DNA from: an uncultured Acidobacteriota bacterium
GTDB lineage: Bacteria; Acidobacteriota; Thermoanaerobaculia; Multivoradales; SZUA-115
Assembly: GCA_963805975.1 (NCBI GenBank)
Contig: CAWDVR010000003.1
Span: 64,001 to 128,000, forward strand
DNA length: 64,000 nucleotides
Reading direction: 5' to 3'
Position numbers and translations under genes: made by a program. Positions within the stretch are counted from its first letter, which is position 1, and each line of letters opens with the position of its first letter. Positions 30,700-42,191 of this stretch are shown here, one piece after another. Below the pieces are notes generated by a model. It was not told the DNA's origin and ran no database searches. It saw nothing but the letters and a program-made list of their open reading frames with translations.

Positions 30700-31254
30700 A
30701 TGAAGCGCTGGTCGGTACTTTGTCTCGTGGCCCTGCTGGCGGCGTTGCCCGTCACGGCCTCGACTTTCCTCGCGATGTCGCGCGCGGAGCTGATCCACGA
30801 CTCGACGGCCGTGGTGCAAGGCAAGGTCGTCGAAGTACGCTCGTTCTGGGACGAGGCCGGGCGCATCATCGTCTCCGAGGCGGTGATCCAGGTAGAAGAA
30901 GCGGTGCTCGGCGACCCCGGCTCTCAGGTGCGCGTGAAGACCTGGGGCGGCACGGTGGACGGCTACACCGTCGAGGCCCACGGCTTCCCGAAGTTCAAGG
31001 CTAACGAACGCGTCTTCCTCTTCCTGGAGCGCGAGCACGAGGGCGTGGCCAAGGTGGCCGGCTACCAGCAGGGGCACTTCCGGCTGGTGATGGACCGCTC
31101 GGGCTTCGAGTGGGCGGTGCCGGTAGTCGACGAGGGCGCCCGCTTCCTCACCCCCGACGGCAGCCAGGGGCCGCCGGCCAAGGCAATGCTGCTCGACGAG
31201 CTCAAGGGCTCGGTCCGTGACGAGGCCCGGCGCGTCGGCCGGCTCGAGTACTAA
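30700..31254 (+). CDS. Secreted protein resembling the N-terminal accessory domain of bacterial matrixins
   Basis: AAGGAGG RBS; signal peptide; VVQGKV..V.SFW...GGTVDG...GFPKF..NERVFLFL pattern. Confidence 0.75.
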   Translation: MKRWSVLCLVALLAALPVTASTFLAMSRAELIHDSTAVVQGKVVEVRSFWDEAGRIIVSEAVIQVEEAVLGDPGSQVRVKTWGGTVDGYTVEAHGFPKFKANERVFLFLEREHEGVAKVAGYQQGHFRLVMDRSGFEWAVPVVDEGARFLTPDGSQGPPAKAMLLDELKGSVRDEARRVGRLEY

Positions 31255-31275
31255 CCCAGGAGGGGGCTTACGATC

Positions 31276-31890
31276 ATGAAAAACTGGAAGATTCGCTCGT
31301 TGCTCGCCATCGCCGTCCTGGCGGTCCTGGTCGCCGGCAGTGCCTTCGGCTATGCCCTGCTCTCACCGCGCCGCACCTGGGACAGCCCGCCCAACGTCAT
31401 CGTCGACAACCGCGGCAACTCCTCGATCACCGACGGTGACCTCGGCCGCACCCGTACCCGCAACGCCATCCTCGCCTGGAACGGCGCCGGCACCGGCACC
31501 CGCCTGTCGGCCACCGTCGGCTCGATCTCCGGCTTCTCGCTGGGCGACGGCCGTCCGATGCTTAACTTCCAGGACCCGACCGGCGCCTGCGGCGGCTCCT
31601 GCCTGGCCGCCACCTTCACCGGCTACTACACCCGGCGTCCGAACGGCACCTACCGCATCTACGACGCCGACATCGTCACCAACCGCGCCTACCAGTGGGC
31701 GTCGCTGGGCGAGAGCTGCTCGAACGAGTTCTACACCGAGGCGATCCATACCCACGAGGTAGGCCACCTGCTCGGGCTCGGCCACTCGGGCGTCGGCGGC
31801 GCCACGATGTACCCCTCGGTCTCCGCCTGCAACAACGGCCCGGCGTCGCTCGAGAACGACGACCGCGCGGGCATCCAGGACCTGTACTAG
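31276..31890 (+). CDS. Matrixin (M10) metzincin metalloprotease, minimal secreted form
   Basis: HEVGHLLGLGH zinc motif, ATMYP Met-turn, DADI, LENDDRAGIQDLY; signal peptide. Confidence 0.92.
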   Translation: MKNWKIRSLLAIAVLAVLVAGSAFGYALLSPRRTWDSPPNVIVDNRGNSSITDGDLGRTRTRNAILAWNGAGTGTRLSATVGSISGFSLGDGRPMLNFQDPTGACGGSCLAATFTGYYTRRPNGTYRIYDADIVTNRAYQWASLGESCSNEFYTEAIHTHEVGHLLGLGHSGVGGATMYPSVSACNNGPASLENDDRAGIQDLY

Positions 31891-31906
31891 CTCGCCGTCC
31901 AGTTCA

Positions 31907-31926
31907 GGGGGCTCGCCCGAGCCCCC
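31907..31926. terminator. GC hairpin between convergent genes
   Basis: gggggctcg-cc-cgagccccc; no clear U-tract. Confidence 0.45.
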
Positions 31927-31941
31927 GTCTCCTCCATACCT

Positions 31942-32712
31942 CTACATCGACCGCCGGTAGCGCCCGAAGGCCCGGGTGGCGAGGGCGCCGCAGGCGAGGG
32001 CGAAGCCGGCCAGGAGCAGCAGGAAGAGGGCGGTCTCCCCGGCGGCGCGGCCCTCGTAGCCGTTGCGCGCCGCGATCACCGCCCACTCGACCGGGTTGAA
32101 GCGCGCCACGGTCTCGAGCCAGCCCGGCATCAGGCCGTGCGACATCAGCATGCTGGAGGAGAAGATCATCGGCGTCACCGTGAAGTTGGAGGCGGCGATG
32201 ATGATCTCCTGCCGGCGGGTGAGGAGCGCCAGCGCGCTCGAGAAGCCGGCGAAGGCAGCCGAGAGGAGCGAGGCCGCGAGCAGCAGCACGAGGACGCCCG
32301 GGAGCCCGCCGCGCGGCCGCGCGCCCAGCGCGAAGGCCACCGCCAGGATGACCAGCGCCTGCAGCACCACCTGCACCGCTGCGTAGAGCAGCCGGCCGAC
32401 GATCAGCGAGCCGCGCGCCACCGGGGTCGAGAGCATGCGGTCGAGCACGCCGCGCTCGACGTCCCCGAGGAGGCTCATGCCGGCGTAGGCGGAGGAGAAG
32501 ATCGCGGTCATGATCGTCACCCCCGGCGCCAGGAACTGCACGTAGCTCCCCGACTCGAAGCCGGGGATCGCCGTCACCGAGCGGAAGAGCTGGCCGAAGA
32601 GGAGCAGCCAGAGGATGGGCTGCACGATCGAGATCAGGAGGAAGACCGGCATCCGCCGCGTGGCCACCACCTGGCGCAGGAACAGATACCAGGAGTCGGC
32701 GAGAAACCTCAC
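31942..32712 (-). CDS. ABC-2 type exporter permease
   Basis: QPILWLLLFG, YVQFLAPG, DVERGVLDRMLSTP, ARFNP; GTGA overlap. Confidence 0.9.
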   Translation of the reverse strand: MRFLADSWYLFLRQVVATRRMPVFLLISIVQPILWLLLFGQLFRSVTAIPGFESGSYVQFLAPGVTIMTAIFSSAYAGMSLLGDVERGVLDRMLSTPVARGSLIVGRLLYAAVQVVLQALVILAVAFALGARPRGGLPGVLVLLLAASLLSAAFAGFSSALALLTRRQEIIIAASNFTVTPMIFSSSMLMSHGLMPGWLETVARFNPVEWAVIAARNGYEGRAAGETALFLLLLAGFALACGALATRAFGRYRRSM

Positions 32713-33665
32713 GTCGCCTCCGCCGCGGCGCGGTAGGCGTGCCCCGTGGCGTGGAGATAGACCTCGTCGAGCGACGGCCGGCTGGCCGCGATCTGCTCCA
32801 CCTCGAGCCCCCGTGCCTCGAGGGTGCCGACCAGGGCGGGGATCGCCCGCGCGCCGTGCGGCACCTGGGCGTAGAGCCGCCGGCCGTCGACCACCACCCG
32901 CGAAACGCCTTCGAGGCCCGAGAGCAGGGCCTCGGCCTCGGCCACGCGGCCGGCGTCGGCGAGGTCGATCGCCACCTGGTCGCCGGCCACCCGCCGCTTG
33001 AGCTCGTCCGGCGTGCCCTCGGCCACGATCCGCCCGCGGTCCACGATGGCCAGGCGCCCGGCGAGCTGGTCCGCCTCTTCGAGATAGTGGGTGGTGAGCA
33101 GGATGGTGAGCCCGGCGCGGGCTAGCTCGCCGACCTCCTTCCACATCACGGATCGGCTCTCCGGGTCGAGGCCGGTGGTCGGCTCGTCGAGGAACAGCAC
33201 CTGTGGCCGGTGGACGAGCCCCATCGCCACGTCCAGCCGCCGCTTCATGCCGCCGGAGTAGGTCTGCACTAAACGGTCGGCCGCGTCGTCGAGTCGGAAG
33301 AGGGCGAGGAGCTCACGGCTGCGTGCGGCGATCTCCGCCGCCGGCAGGTGGAAGAGGCGGCCCTGGAGCATCAGGTTCTCGCGGCCGGTCGCCAAGCCGT
33401 CCACGCCCGAGGTCTGGGCGACGTAGCCGATCGCCCGGCGCACCTCCTGGCTCTGGCGAATGACGTCGAAGCCGCCGACCCGGGCGCTGCCGCCGGTCGG
33501 GCTCGACAGCGTGGTCAGGATCTTCATGGTGGTCGACTTGCCGGCGCCGTTGGGGCCCAGCAGAGCGAAGACCTCGCCGCTCGCGACGGTGAAGGAGATG
33601 CCGCAGAGAGCCTCGACGCCCGCGGCGTAGGTCTTTCTGAGATCGCGGGCCTCGATCGCGTTCAC
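32709..33665 (-). CDS. ABC exporter ATPase (DrrA-like)
   Basis: GPNGAGKST, YSGGMKRRL, LFLDEPTTGLD, PSLDEVYL. Confidence 0.92.
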   Translation of the reverse strand: MNAIEARDLRKTYAAGVEALCGISFTVASGEVFALLGPNGAGKSTTMKILTTLSSPTGGSARVGGFDVIRQSQEVRRAIGYVAQTSGVDGLATGRENLMLQGRLFHLPAAEIAARSRELLALFRLDDAADRLVQTYSGGMKRRLDVAMGLVHRPQVLFLDEPTTGLDPESRSVMWKEVGELARAGLTILLTTHYLEEADQLAGRLAIVDRGRIVAEGTPDELKRRVAGDQVAIDLADAGRVAEAEALLSGLEGVSRVVVDGRRLYAQVPHGARAIPALVGTLEARGLEVEQIAASRPSLDEVYLHATGHAYRAAAEAT

Positions 33666-33731
33666 GGGCTCGATGATAGTGCCAGGCTCTGCCCGGAGCG
33701 GGGTGCTAGAGTCGCGATCTTCGCGAAGAAC

Positions 33732-34412
33732 ATGTTGGATACCTATCGCGCCGTCGAGACCCCGGAAGGTGTGGAGCTGGGGCTGCGGGTCGCCGGGCTC
33801 CCGGCGCGTATGCTCGCCTACGGCATCGACAGTGTGATCCGCATCCTGATGCACGCGCTGTCGCTCGCCGTCCTCGCGCCGCTCGGCACCATCGGCGGCG
33901 GCATCTTCCTGCTCAGCCTGTTCGTGGGCGCCTGGTTCTACCCCGTCCTGTTCGAGGTGCTCTGGGGAGGGGCCACGCCGGGGAAGCGGGCCCTGGGCCT
34001 GGTGGTGCTGCACGACGACGGCACGCCGGTGGGCTGGACGGCCTCGATCGTGCGCAACCTCCTGCGCACCGCGGATCTCCTGCCCTTCGCCTACGGGCTG
34101 GGGATCCTGTCGATGCTCTTCTCGCGTGATTTCAAGCGGCTGGGCGACCACGCCGCCCGTACCGTGGTGGTCTATCGGGAGCGCGAGGCCGCGTCGCTGC
34201 CGCTCGCCGGCGCGCGCTCCTGGGCGCCCCCGGTGCCGCTCGCCGCCGCCGAGCAGAAAGCGATCATCGACTTCTCGCACCGGCTGCCGAAGTGGTCCGA
34301 CGAGCGGGCCTGCGAGCTCTCCGACCTCGCTTCGCCGCTGACCGGGGCGCGGGGCGAGGAGGGCCTCACGCGCCTGGTGGGCGCCGCCAACTGGCTGGTG
34401 GGGCGGCGTTGA
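33732..34412 (+). CDS. RDD family membrane protein
   Basis: ETPEGVEL...RMLAYGID...GATPGKR...KRLGDHAA. Confidence 0.9.
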   Translation: MLDTYRAVETPEGVELGLRVAGLPARMLAYGIDSVIRILMHALSLAVLAPLGTIGGGIFLLSLFVGAWFYPVLFEVLWGGATPGKRALGLVVLHDDGTPVGWTASIVRNLLRTADLLPFAYGLGILSMLFSRDFKRLGDHAARTVVVYREREAASLPLAGARSWAPPVPLAAAEQKAIIDFSHRLPKWSDERACELSDLASPLTGARGEEGLTRLVGAANWLVGRR

Positions 34413-35389
34413 ACCGCGACCAGTTCATCGAGCGGCACGCCGCGGGCTGGCAGCGCCTGGAGGGCCTGCTGGATCGGATCGAGCGCCGCCGCGGCGCCCG
34501 GCGCGGCGAGGCGGAGGACGGGGCGGTCGGCGCCCTCCCCGAGCTCTACCGCCGGCTCTGCCGCGAGCTCGCGCTGGCGCGCTCCCGCCGCTACGGTGGA
34601 GATCTCGAGGAGCGCCTGAACCGGCTGGCGCTGCGCGGCCACCAGCAGCTCTACAAGAGCGCCGGCGTCATCACCTGGGCGGCGGTGGGCCGCTTCGTCC
34701 TGCGCGACTTCCCGCGCCTGGTGCGGCGGGAGGGGAGGCTGGTCGCGGCCAGCTCGGTCCTGTTCTTCGGCACCCTGCTCGTGACGCTGGGGGCGGTCTC
34801 CGCCCATCCCGAGCTCGCCTATTCGATCCTGAGCCCCGAGCAGGCCGCTGGCATGGAGCAGATGTACGACCCGGGCGCGAGAGCGGAGCGGCCGGCCGCG
34901 ACCGACTTCGGCATGTTCGGCTACTACGTCTACAACAACATCTCGATCGCCTTCCGCACCTTCGCGAGCGGCCTCCTGGCGGGCGTCGGCGCCGTCCTGA
35001 TCCTGTTCTACAACGGCCTGGTGATCGGTGCCGTGGCCGGCCACCTGGGCAACGCCGGCTTCGGCGAGACCTTCTATCCCTTCGTCATCGCGCACGGCGC
35101 CTTCGAGCTGCCGGCGATCGTTCTCGCCGGTGCCGCCGGCCTGCGCCTGGGGCTGGCGCTCCTCGCTCCCGGGCGCCTCTCCCGCGGGCGCGCCATCTCG
35201 GAAGCGGCGCGCGGCGCGGTGCCCATGCTCTACGGCATCACCGGCATGCTCCTGGTCGCGGCGCTCATCGAAGCTTTCTGGTCCTCGACCGTGACCCTGC
35301 CGTCCGCCGTGCGCTACGGCGTCGGCGCGGCGCTCTGGGTCCTGACGGCCCTGTACTTTCTCTTCGCCGGGAGGCGGCATGGACCTTGA
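34409..35389 (+). CDS. SpoIIM (DUF95) family membrane protein
   Basis: NNISIAFRTFASG, YNGLVIG, HGAFEL; TTGA overlap. Confidence 0.9.
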   Translation: MNRDQFIERHAAGWQRLEGLLDRIERRRGARRGEAEDGAVGALPELYRRLCRELALARSRRYGGDLEERLNRLALRGHQQLYKSAGVITWAAVGRFVLRDFPRLVRREGRLVAASSVLFFGTLLVTLGAVSAHPELAYSILSPEQAAGMEQMYDPGARAERPAATDFGMFGYYVYNNISIAFRTFASGLLAGVGAVLILFYNGLVIGAVAGHLGNAGFGETFYPFVIAHGAFELPAIVLAGAAGLRLGLALLAPGRLSRGRAISEAARGAVPMLYGITGMLLVAALIEAFWSSTVTLPSAVRYGVGAALWVLTALYFLFAGRRHGP

Positions 35390-36914
35390 GCGGGTCGCGG
35401 CGGTGATCCGCCCGCGCCGGCCCTGGGAGGCCGTCGACCTGGGGTTCACGCTGGTGCAAGCGTGGCGGCGGCAGATCTGGGGGCCGTGGCTGGTGGTGGC
35501 CCTGCCGCTGTGGCTCGCCGTGCTGCTCGCCACCCGCCGCTCGCCCTACCTGGGGTACGCCCTCCTGTGGTGGACGAAGCCGCTCCTCGACGTGATCCCG
35601 CTCCACGTGGTGAGCCGCGCGCTGTTCGGCGAGACGCCGACGCTGCGCGCCACGCTCCGCCACGCGCTGCGCTCCTGGCGCCGGATGGCCCCGGCCTACC
35701 TGGGCCTCGAGCGCCTGGACCCGGCCCGCTCCTTTCACCTGCCGGTACGTCTGCTCGAGGAGCTGTCCTGGGGGGAGCGCTGGCGGCGCCAGGGCGTGCT
35801 CAACCGGGACGGGCACCGGCAGGCCATCCTCCTCACGCTCGCCTGCCTGGGCGCCCAGGTCTTCCTGCTCTTCGCTTTCTTCGCCTTCGTGTTCCTGATG
35901 GTGCCGGAGGGCCTGGCGCCGGACTGGAGCTTGCTCTTCGACCGCTACGTCGAGGACGGCGAGGCCCCGCTCGCCTACCACCTGCTGTGGGGCATGGCGG
36001 CGTTCGCCGCGCTGACCGTGGTCGAGCCCTTCTACGTGGCGGCCGGCTTCACGCTCTATCTCAACCGGCGGACCGAGCTCGAGGGCTGGGACGTGGAGAT
36101 CGCCTTCCGCCGCCTGGCCCGGCGGCTCACCCAGGAGGCCGGGGCCAGGCCTGGCAAACCGGGCGCCGCCGCCCAACGTGGCGTGGCCGCGGCCCTGCTG
36201 TTGGGGGCGCTGGTGCTGGGCGCCCTGCCGGCGAGCGCCGTGCCACCTACGGCGGCAGGGCCCACTGCGGCGCCCGCTCCCGCAACGGAGACCGGCTCGC
36301 CACAGCAGGTGGCGGAGCGCGTGCTCGCCGGCCCCGACTTCGGCCGTGAGCGCACCACGCACGACTGGAAGTGGCGCTTCGGCGGCGACGGCCAGGGTCG
36401 CCGCGCGAGCGGCAGGTTTTCGCTTTCCTGGGTGGGCCCGTTCCTGGAGGCGGGGCTCTGGCTGCTCCTGGGTGCCGGTGTGGCGGCGCTGCTGGTGTTC
36501 GCGGTGCGGCGAAGAGGCTTCCTCGCTCGCGGCTCCGCGCCGCCGGTAGCGCCCCTGCCGCTGCCGATCGCGGCGGGAACCGGCCCGAACGCCGAGCCGT
36601 TGCCGGCCGACGTCGCCGCCGAGGCGCTGCGCCGCTTCGAGGCCGGGCGGTCGGTGGAGGCGCTGTCGCTGCTCTATCGCGGCGCGCTGAGGGCCCTGGC
36701 GGCTCGCCGCGGGATCGAGGTCGATCCGAGCTGGACGGAAGGCGAGTGCCTGCGGCGGCTCGTGCAGCAAGTGTCGCCACCCACGGCCTCCGAGCTCGAG
36801 CGCCTGACCCGCGCCTGGCAGGGGGCCGCCTATGCCCGGCGCCCGGTGCCGGGTGAGGAGATGCGCTCGCTCTGCGCCGAGTTCGGCCGTCACTTCGGAG
36901 CCGGTGCGAGATGA
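35379..36914 (+). CDS. DUF4129 membrane protein
   Basis: IRPRRPWEAVDLG, LYLNRRTELEGWDVE, LYRGAL...TEGECL...AAYA. Confidence 0.85.
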   Translation: MDLERVAAVIRPRRPWEAVDLGFTLVQAWRRQIWGPWLVVALPLWLAVLLATRRSPYLGYALLWWTKPLLDVIPLHVVSRALFGETPTLRATLRHALRSWRRMAPAYLGLERLDPARSFHLPVRLLEELSWGERWRRQGVLNRDGHRQAILLTLACLGAQVFLLFAFFAFVFLMVPEGLAPDWSLLFDRYVEDGEAPLAYHLLWGMAAFAALTVVEPFYVAAGFTLYLNRRTELEGWDVEIAFRRLARRLTQEAGARPGKPGAAAQRGVAAALLLGALVLGALPASAVPPTAAGPTAAPAPATETGSPQQVAERVLAGPDFGRERTTHDWKWRFGGDGQGRRASGRFSLSWVGPFLEAGLWLLLGAGVAALLVFAVRRRGFLARGSAPPVAPLPLPIAAGTGPNAEPLPADVAAEALRRFEAGRSVEALSLLYRGALRALAARRGIEVDPSWTEGECLRRLVQQVSPPTASELERLTRAWQGAAYARRPVPGEEMRSLCAEFGRHFGAGAR

Positions 36915-38106
36915 GCTCGCCGGCCTTCACGCCCCGCCGCCGCTCGCTCCCCGCGCTGGTCGTACCGTTCTGCGGGGCGCTTCTGGTAGCGGCTTTCTTC
37001 GTCCTCTTCGAGCCCGTGGAGACCCGCGTGCGGATCGGCTATTCCGCCGCTGCGCGACAGGATCCGTTCCTCGCCGCCCAGCGGTTCCTCACCGAGATGG
37101 GAGTGCCTTCGGAGCCCGGCCACAGCCTCAAGCAGTTGCCGCCGGCAGGGCACCTGCTGGTGGTGAGCACGCCGCTCGCACAGGGCGAGGCGGAGCGCCT
37201 GCTGGCCTGGGTCGAGGAGGGGGGATATCTGATCGCCCATGACGACCTCGTGCTCGCGGGGCGCCTCGGCGTCGAGCTGAAAGACCTGTACGAAGTGGAG
37301 GACGAAGACGAGGAGGGGCAAGAAGCGGCCGAGGAGGAGCCGGCGCCCCAGCCGGAACCGCTCGAGCCGGAACAGCCCGAGCCGGAACAGCCCGAGCCGG
37401 GGACCCGCCTCTCCCTGGGCCCCAACCTGGCGCACGAGGTCGCGCTCGGGCCGTCGATCCGCTTCGTCCCGGGCGACAGCGAGCCGGAGCTGGCCGCCAC
37501 GCTCACGGGAGAATCGGACCCGGTGCTGGTGCGCTTCCGGCGCGGCAAGGGCTGGGTGGTGCTGTTCGTCGACCTCGGGGCGTTCAACAACCAGCGCCTG
37601 GGCGACCGCGAGCACGCCTCGCTGCTCTGGTCGCTCGCCAGCGTCGACGGCCCGCCCCTGGGCGCGCGGCTCCGGGCCATGGGGTACGACTATCCCGCGC
37701 TGGGCGCGCTCGTCTGGCGCCATGGCTGGCGCGTGGTGGTAGCCGGTGTGCTGCTGCTCGCGTTCTGGCTCTGGCGGCGGGCGGCGCGCTTCGGCCCTCT
37801 CCTTCCCGACCCGCCGCTCGAGCGGCGGAGCCTGATCGAGCACGTCCGCGCCGTGGCCCAGTTCCTGTGGCGGCAGGGAGAGGCCGGCACCCTGGTCGAG
37901 AGCCAGCGCCAGGCGCTCCTGAAGCGCGCCGGTCTGCGGTTCCCCGGCTTCGCCAAGCTCCCGAGCCGCGCCAAGGTGGAAAAGCTGGCGGCCCTGGCCG
38001 AGCTGCCGGGAGAGACCGTGTCCTGGGCGCTCGGCGGAGCCGTGCCGCGGCGCTCGCCCGACCTGGTGCGCATGATCCAGACCCTCGAGACCCTACGGAG
38101 ACCCCT

Positions 38107-38110
<4 letters not shown>
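36911..38110 (+). CDS. DUF4350 membrane protein
   Basis: DPFLAAQRFL, LLAWVEEGG, RFGP...RRSLIEHV; acidic EPEQP repeat insert. Confidence 0.82.
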
Positions 38111-39098
<988 letters not shown>

Positions 39099-39102
<4 letters not shown>

Positions 39103-40406
39103 CCCCGTCCGCGCGCTCCCTGGCGGCGATCGTGGCTTGGCTGCTGGCCGGCCTCGCGGCCTCGTTCGCACCGGACGCGCTGGGCCCCGCCTGGCTGGCG
39201 GCGGGAGGTGCGCTGGCCGTGGCCTTCGCCGCCGACGCGCTCTGGGTGCGGCGCACGCCCGCGCCCACGGTCGAGCGGCAGGTGGCGGCGGCCGTGCCGC
39301 TGGGGGTGCCGACCCGCGTGCAGTTGAAGCTCGTGAACCCGGGCCGCCGGCCGCTCTCGCTGGCAGTCTTCGACCACTACCCGCCGGCCTCGGAGCTCGA
39401 GGGCCTGCCGCGGACCACCGTCCTGCCGGCCGGCGGCTGGGCGACGGTCGAGTACCAGCTCCGGCCGCTGGCTCGCGGCGACGCGGCCTTCGGCGCGACC
39501 GAGCTGCTGCTCGCCTCGCCGCTCGGCCTGTGGCGCCGCCGCCGGTGGGCCGGGGCGGCGCAGATCGTGCGCGTGCTGCCCAACTTCCGGCCGCTCCTCG
39601 GCTACGCCCACCTGGCGGTCGCGGACCGCTTGGCACAGATGGGCATCCGCCAGCGCCAGCGCCGCGGCGAGGGGCGCGAGTTTCGCGAGCTGCGCGACTT
39701 CCGCCAGGGGGACTCGATGCGCCAGATCGACTGGAAGGCGACCTCGCGCCGCGGCAAGCCGATCGCCCGTGAGTTCCACGACGAGACCGACCAGCGGGTG
39801 GTGTTCATGCTCGACTGCGGCCGGCGCATGCGGGCCCGCGAGGGCGACCTCTCCCACTTCGACCACGCGCTCAACGCGGTGCTGCTCCTGGCCTATGCCG
39901 CCACCCGCTACGGCGACGCCGTGGGCCTCGGCACCTTCAGCGGCGAGCCGCGCTGGGTGCCGCCCGGCAAGGGGCCCGCGGCCATCGCGCGGCTCCTCGC
40001 CGCGGTCTACGACCTCGAGACCTCCGCCGCGCCGGCCGACTACGTGGCGGCGGCGGTGCGTCTCGCGACCCGCGAGCGGCGCCGGGCGCTGGTGGTGGTG
40101 GTCTCCAACCTGCGCGACGAGGATGCGAGCGACCTCTACCCGGCCTTGAAGCTCCTCTCCCAGCGCCACCTGGTGCTGTTCGCCAGCCTCCGCGAGTCGG
40201 CGCTGGCGAGCGCCGCGGCCGGGCCCACCGAGACGCTCCAGGAGGCCCTGCTCGTCGCCTCGTGCCGCCGCTATCTGGCGGCCCGCGAACGGGCCCACGA
40301 GCAGGTGCGCGGCCAGGGCGTCCTGACGCTCGACGTGGAGCCCGAGCGGCTGCCGGTCGCGATGGTGAACCGCTACCTGGAGATCAAGCGCGCCGGGATG
40401 CTGTAG
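39099..40406 (+). CDS. DUF58 protein with vWA-like C-terminus
   Basis: GEGREFRELRDFRQGD...IDWKATSR; LDCGRRM; VNRYLEIKR. Confidence 0.92.
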
Positions 40407-40440
40407 CATCTGATGAAACGAACGCCGTGAGCGATCCGCG

Positions 40441-41184
40441 ATGAACGAGCCGCCGAACGTCGATGCCCCCACCGCCTCCGCGCCGGGAAAGTGTCCCAAG
40501 TGCGGCTACACCCGCGCGCCGGAGAACGAGGAGTGCCCGGCTTGCGGCATCGTCTTCTCCCGCTTGCAGTCACGGCTCGAGAGCCCCTACCGCGACGCAG
40601 CGGAGATCCGCACCGATCTCGCCGCGGCGGGCGCTTCGGGCTTCAACCCCTACGCCCCGCCGGGAGCCGAGGTGGGGCAGGCCAGCCTGCTGCCCGAGGC
40701 CCTCGAGCTCGCCGGGCGCGGTGCACGGCTCGGGGCACGTTTCATCGACGCCTTCATCTTCCTGGCGGTGGTCTTCGTCGGCATCATCCCGGCCCTGACG
40801 TTGGGCGAAGCCCCTGCCAACCGGGCGATAGCCGTCGCGGCCCTCTGGTTCGTCAGCTGGCTCCTCGCGTTGGGAGCCTGGAACCTCGTGCTGCTCCACC
40901 GGCACGGGCAGTCGGTGGGCAAACGTCTGGTCAAGGTGCGGATCGTGCGCAGCAACGGCGAGCGCTCCTCGCTCGCCCGCCTGGTCGTGTTGCGCTGGCT
41001 CGTGCCGGGCCTCTTCAGCAGCTTTCCGTACCTCGGGGTCGTCTTCGCTCTCGTCAACATCTTCTTCATCTTCCGCGACGACCGCCGCTGCCTCCACGAC
41101 CACCTGGCGGACACCATCGTGGTCACGGCCCGGCCGGAGGCGAGCGCCCCCGAGGCAGGGCTGCCGCTGGTCACCCTGCGCTGA
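40441..41184 (+). CDS. RDD family protein with N-terminal zinc ribbon
   Basis: CPKCGY...CPACGIV, NPYAPP, RLGARFID, GQSVGK, RRCLHD. Confidence 0.88.
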   Translation: MNEPPNVDAPTASAPGKCPKCGYTRAPENEECPACGIVFSRLQSRLESPYRDAAEIRTDLAAAGASGFNPYAPPGAEVGQASLLPEALELAGRGARLGARFIDAFIFLAVVFVGIIPALTLGEAPANRAIAVAALWFVSWLLALGAWNLVLLHRHGQSVGKRLVKVRIVRSNGERSSLARLVVLRWLVPGLFSSFPYLGVVFALVNIFFIFRDDRRCLHDHLADTIVVTARPEASAPEAGLPLVTLR

Positions 41185-41219
41185 GGGGGCCGCGGGCTTC
41201 GGATAGTCTCCCGGCCGCG

Positions 41220-42191
41220 ATGCGGCCCGCCTTCCTGATCCTCCTCGTCGTCTTCGTCATCTGGGCCAACTCGTTCATCGCCGTCCGGGCGTTGGTGGGG
41301 GAGGACGTGCCGGTGGCCGAGCGCCTGGGGCCGCTCGAGTTCGTGGAGGCACGCTTCGCGCCGGTGGCGGCCTTCTGCCTGCTGTGGTTCGCCTTCCAGC
41401 CCGCGGCGCGGCGCGAGGCGCGGGAGGTGCTGGCTCGGCACGCGCCGCTCACCGTGCTCCTGGGGCTCCTCGCGGTCTGGGGTTACAACCTCGCTTTCGC
41501 CGCCGGGCACCACCGCGTGCCGGCGGGCACCGGCTCGCTGTTCACGGTGCTCAACCCGGTGCTGACCTTCGTGCTGGCGGCGGCCATCGGCCTCGAGCGG
41601 CCGACGCTGCGCAAGGCCCTGGGAATCGCTCTCGCCTGTGTCGGCCTCTACACCGTGGTGGTCTACGGCGCGGGCCGCAAGGTCGAGCCCGCCTACCTGC
41701 GCGATGCGCTTCTGCTGCTGGGCGCGCCGATCTCCTGGGCGCTCTACACCGTGCTCTCGAAGCCGCTGGTGGCGCGCTTCTCGCCGCTCCACCTCAACTT
41801 CCTGGTGCTCGGCCTCGCGAGCCTGCCGGCGTTGGGCATTGCCGTGGTGGACCGCGGCTTTCACGCCAAGGTCGCGGCCTGGGGAGGCGACCGCTTCTTC
41901 GCCGCCCTCTTCCTGGCGCTCGCCTGCACGGTGCTCGCTTTCTGGCTGTGGTACGAGGCGCTGAAGCGGCTGCCGGCCACCACCGCCGCGGCCTTCGTGT
42001 TCCTGAACGCGCCGCTCACCGTGGCCTTCGAGTGGCTGTGGTTCGGCCGCGTGCCGAGACCGGCCTGGGTGGTGGGCTGCGCCGTGGTGCTGGCCGGCGT
42101 GTATCTCTCGACGCGGGAAACCCCTCACCCCAGCCCTCTCCCCGCGAGCGGGGAGAGGGGGCCGGACGCGCCTAGACCGCTCGAACCTTGA
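41220..42191 (+). CDS. DMT/EamA family transporter
   Basis: About 10 TMs, IWANSF, LNPVLT, SWALYTV, AFWLWY. Confidence 0.88.
   Translation: MRPAFLILLVVFVIWANSFIAVRALVGEDVPVAERLGPLEFVEARFAPVAAFCLLWFAFQPAARREAREVLARHAPLTVLLGLLAVWGYNLAFAAGHHRVPAGTGSLFTVLNPVLTFVLAAAIGLERPTLRKALGIALACVGLYTVVVYGAGRKVEPAYLRDALLLLGAPISWALYTVLSKPLVARFSPLHLNFLVLGLASLPALGIAVVDRGFHAKVAAWGGDRFFAALFLALACTVLAFWLWYEALKRLPATTAAAFVFLNAPLTVAFEWLWFGRVPRPAWVVGCAVVLAGVYLSTRETPHPSPLPASGERGPDAPRPLEP
42121..42160 (+). repeat. CCCCTCACCCCAGCCCTCTCCCC...GGGGAGAGGG repeat read in-frame in the transporter tail
   Basis: cccctcaccccagccctctccccgcgagcggggagagggg, encoding PHPSPLPASGERG. Confidence 0.75.

Noticed and set aside
37364-37400. 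15-bp tandem repeat (EPEQP) in DUF4350 as a phase-variation locus
   Set aside because: Unit length is a multiple of three in an acidic linker, so slippage would not switch the gene off
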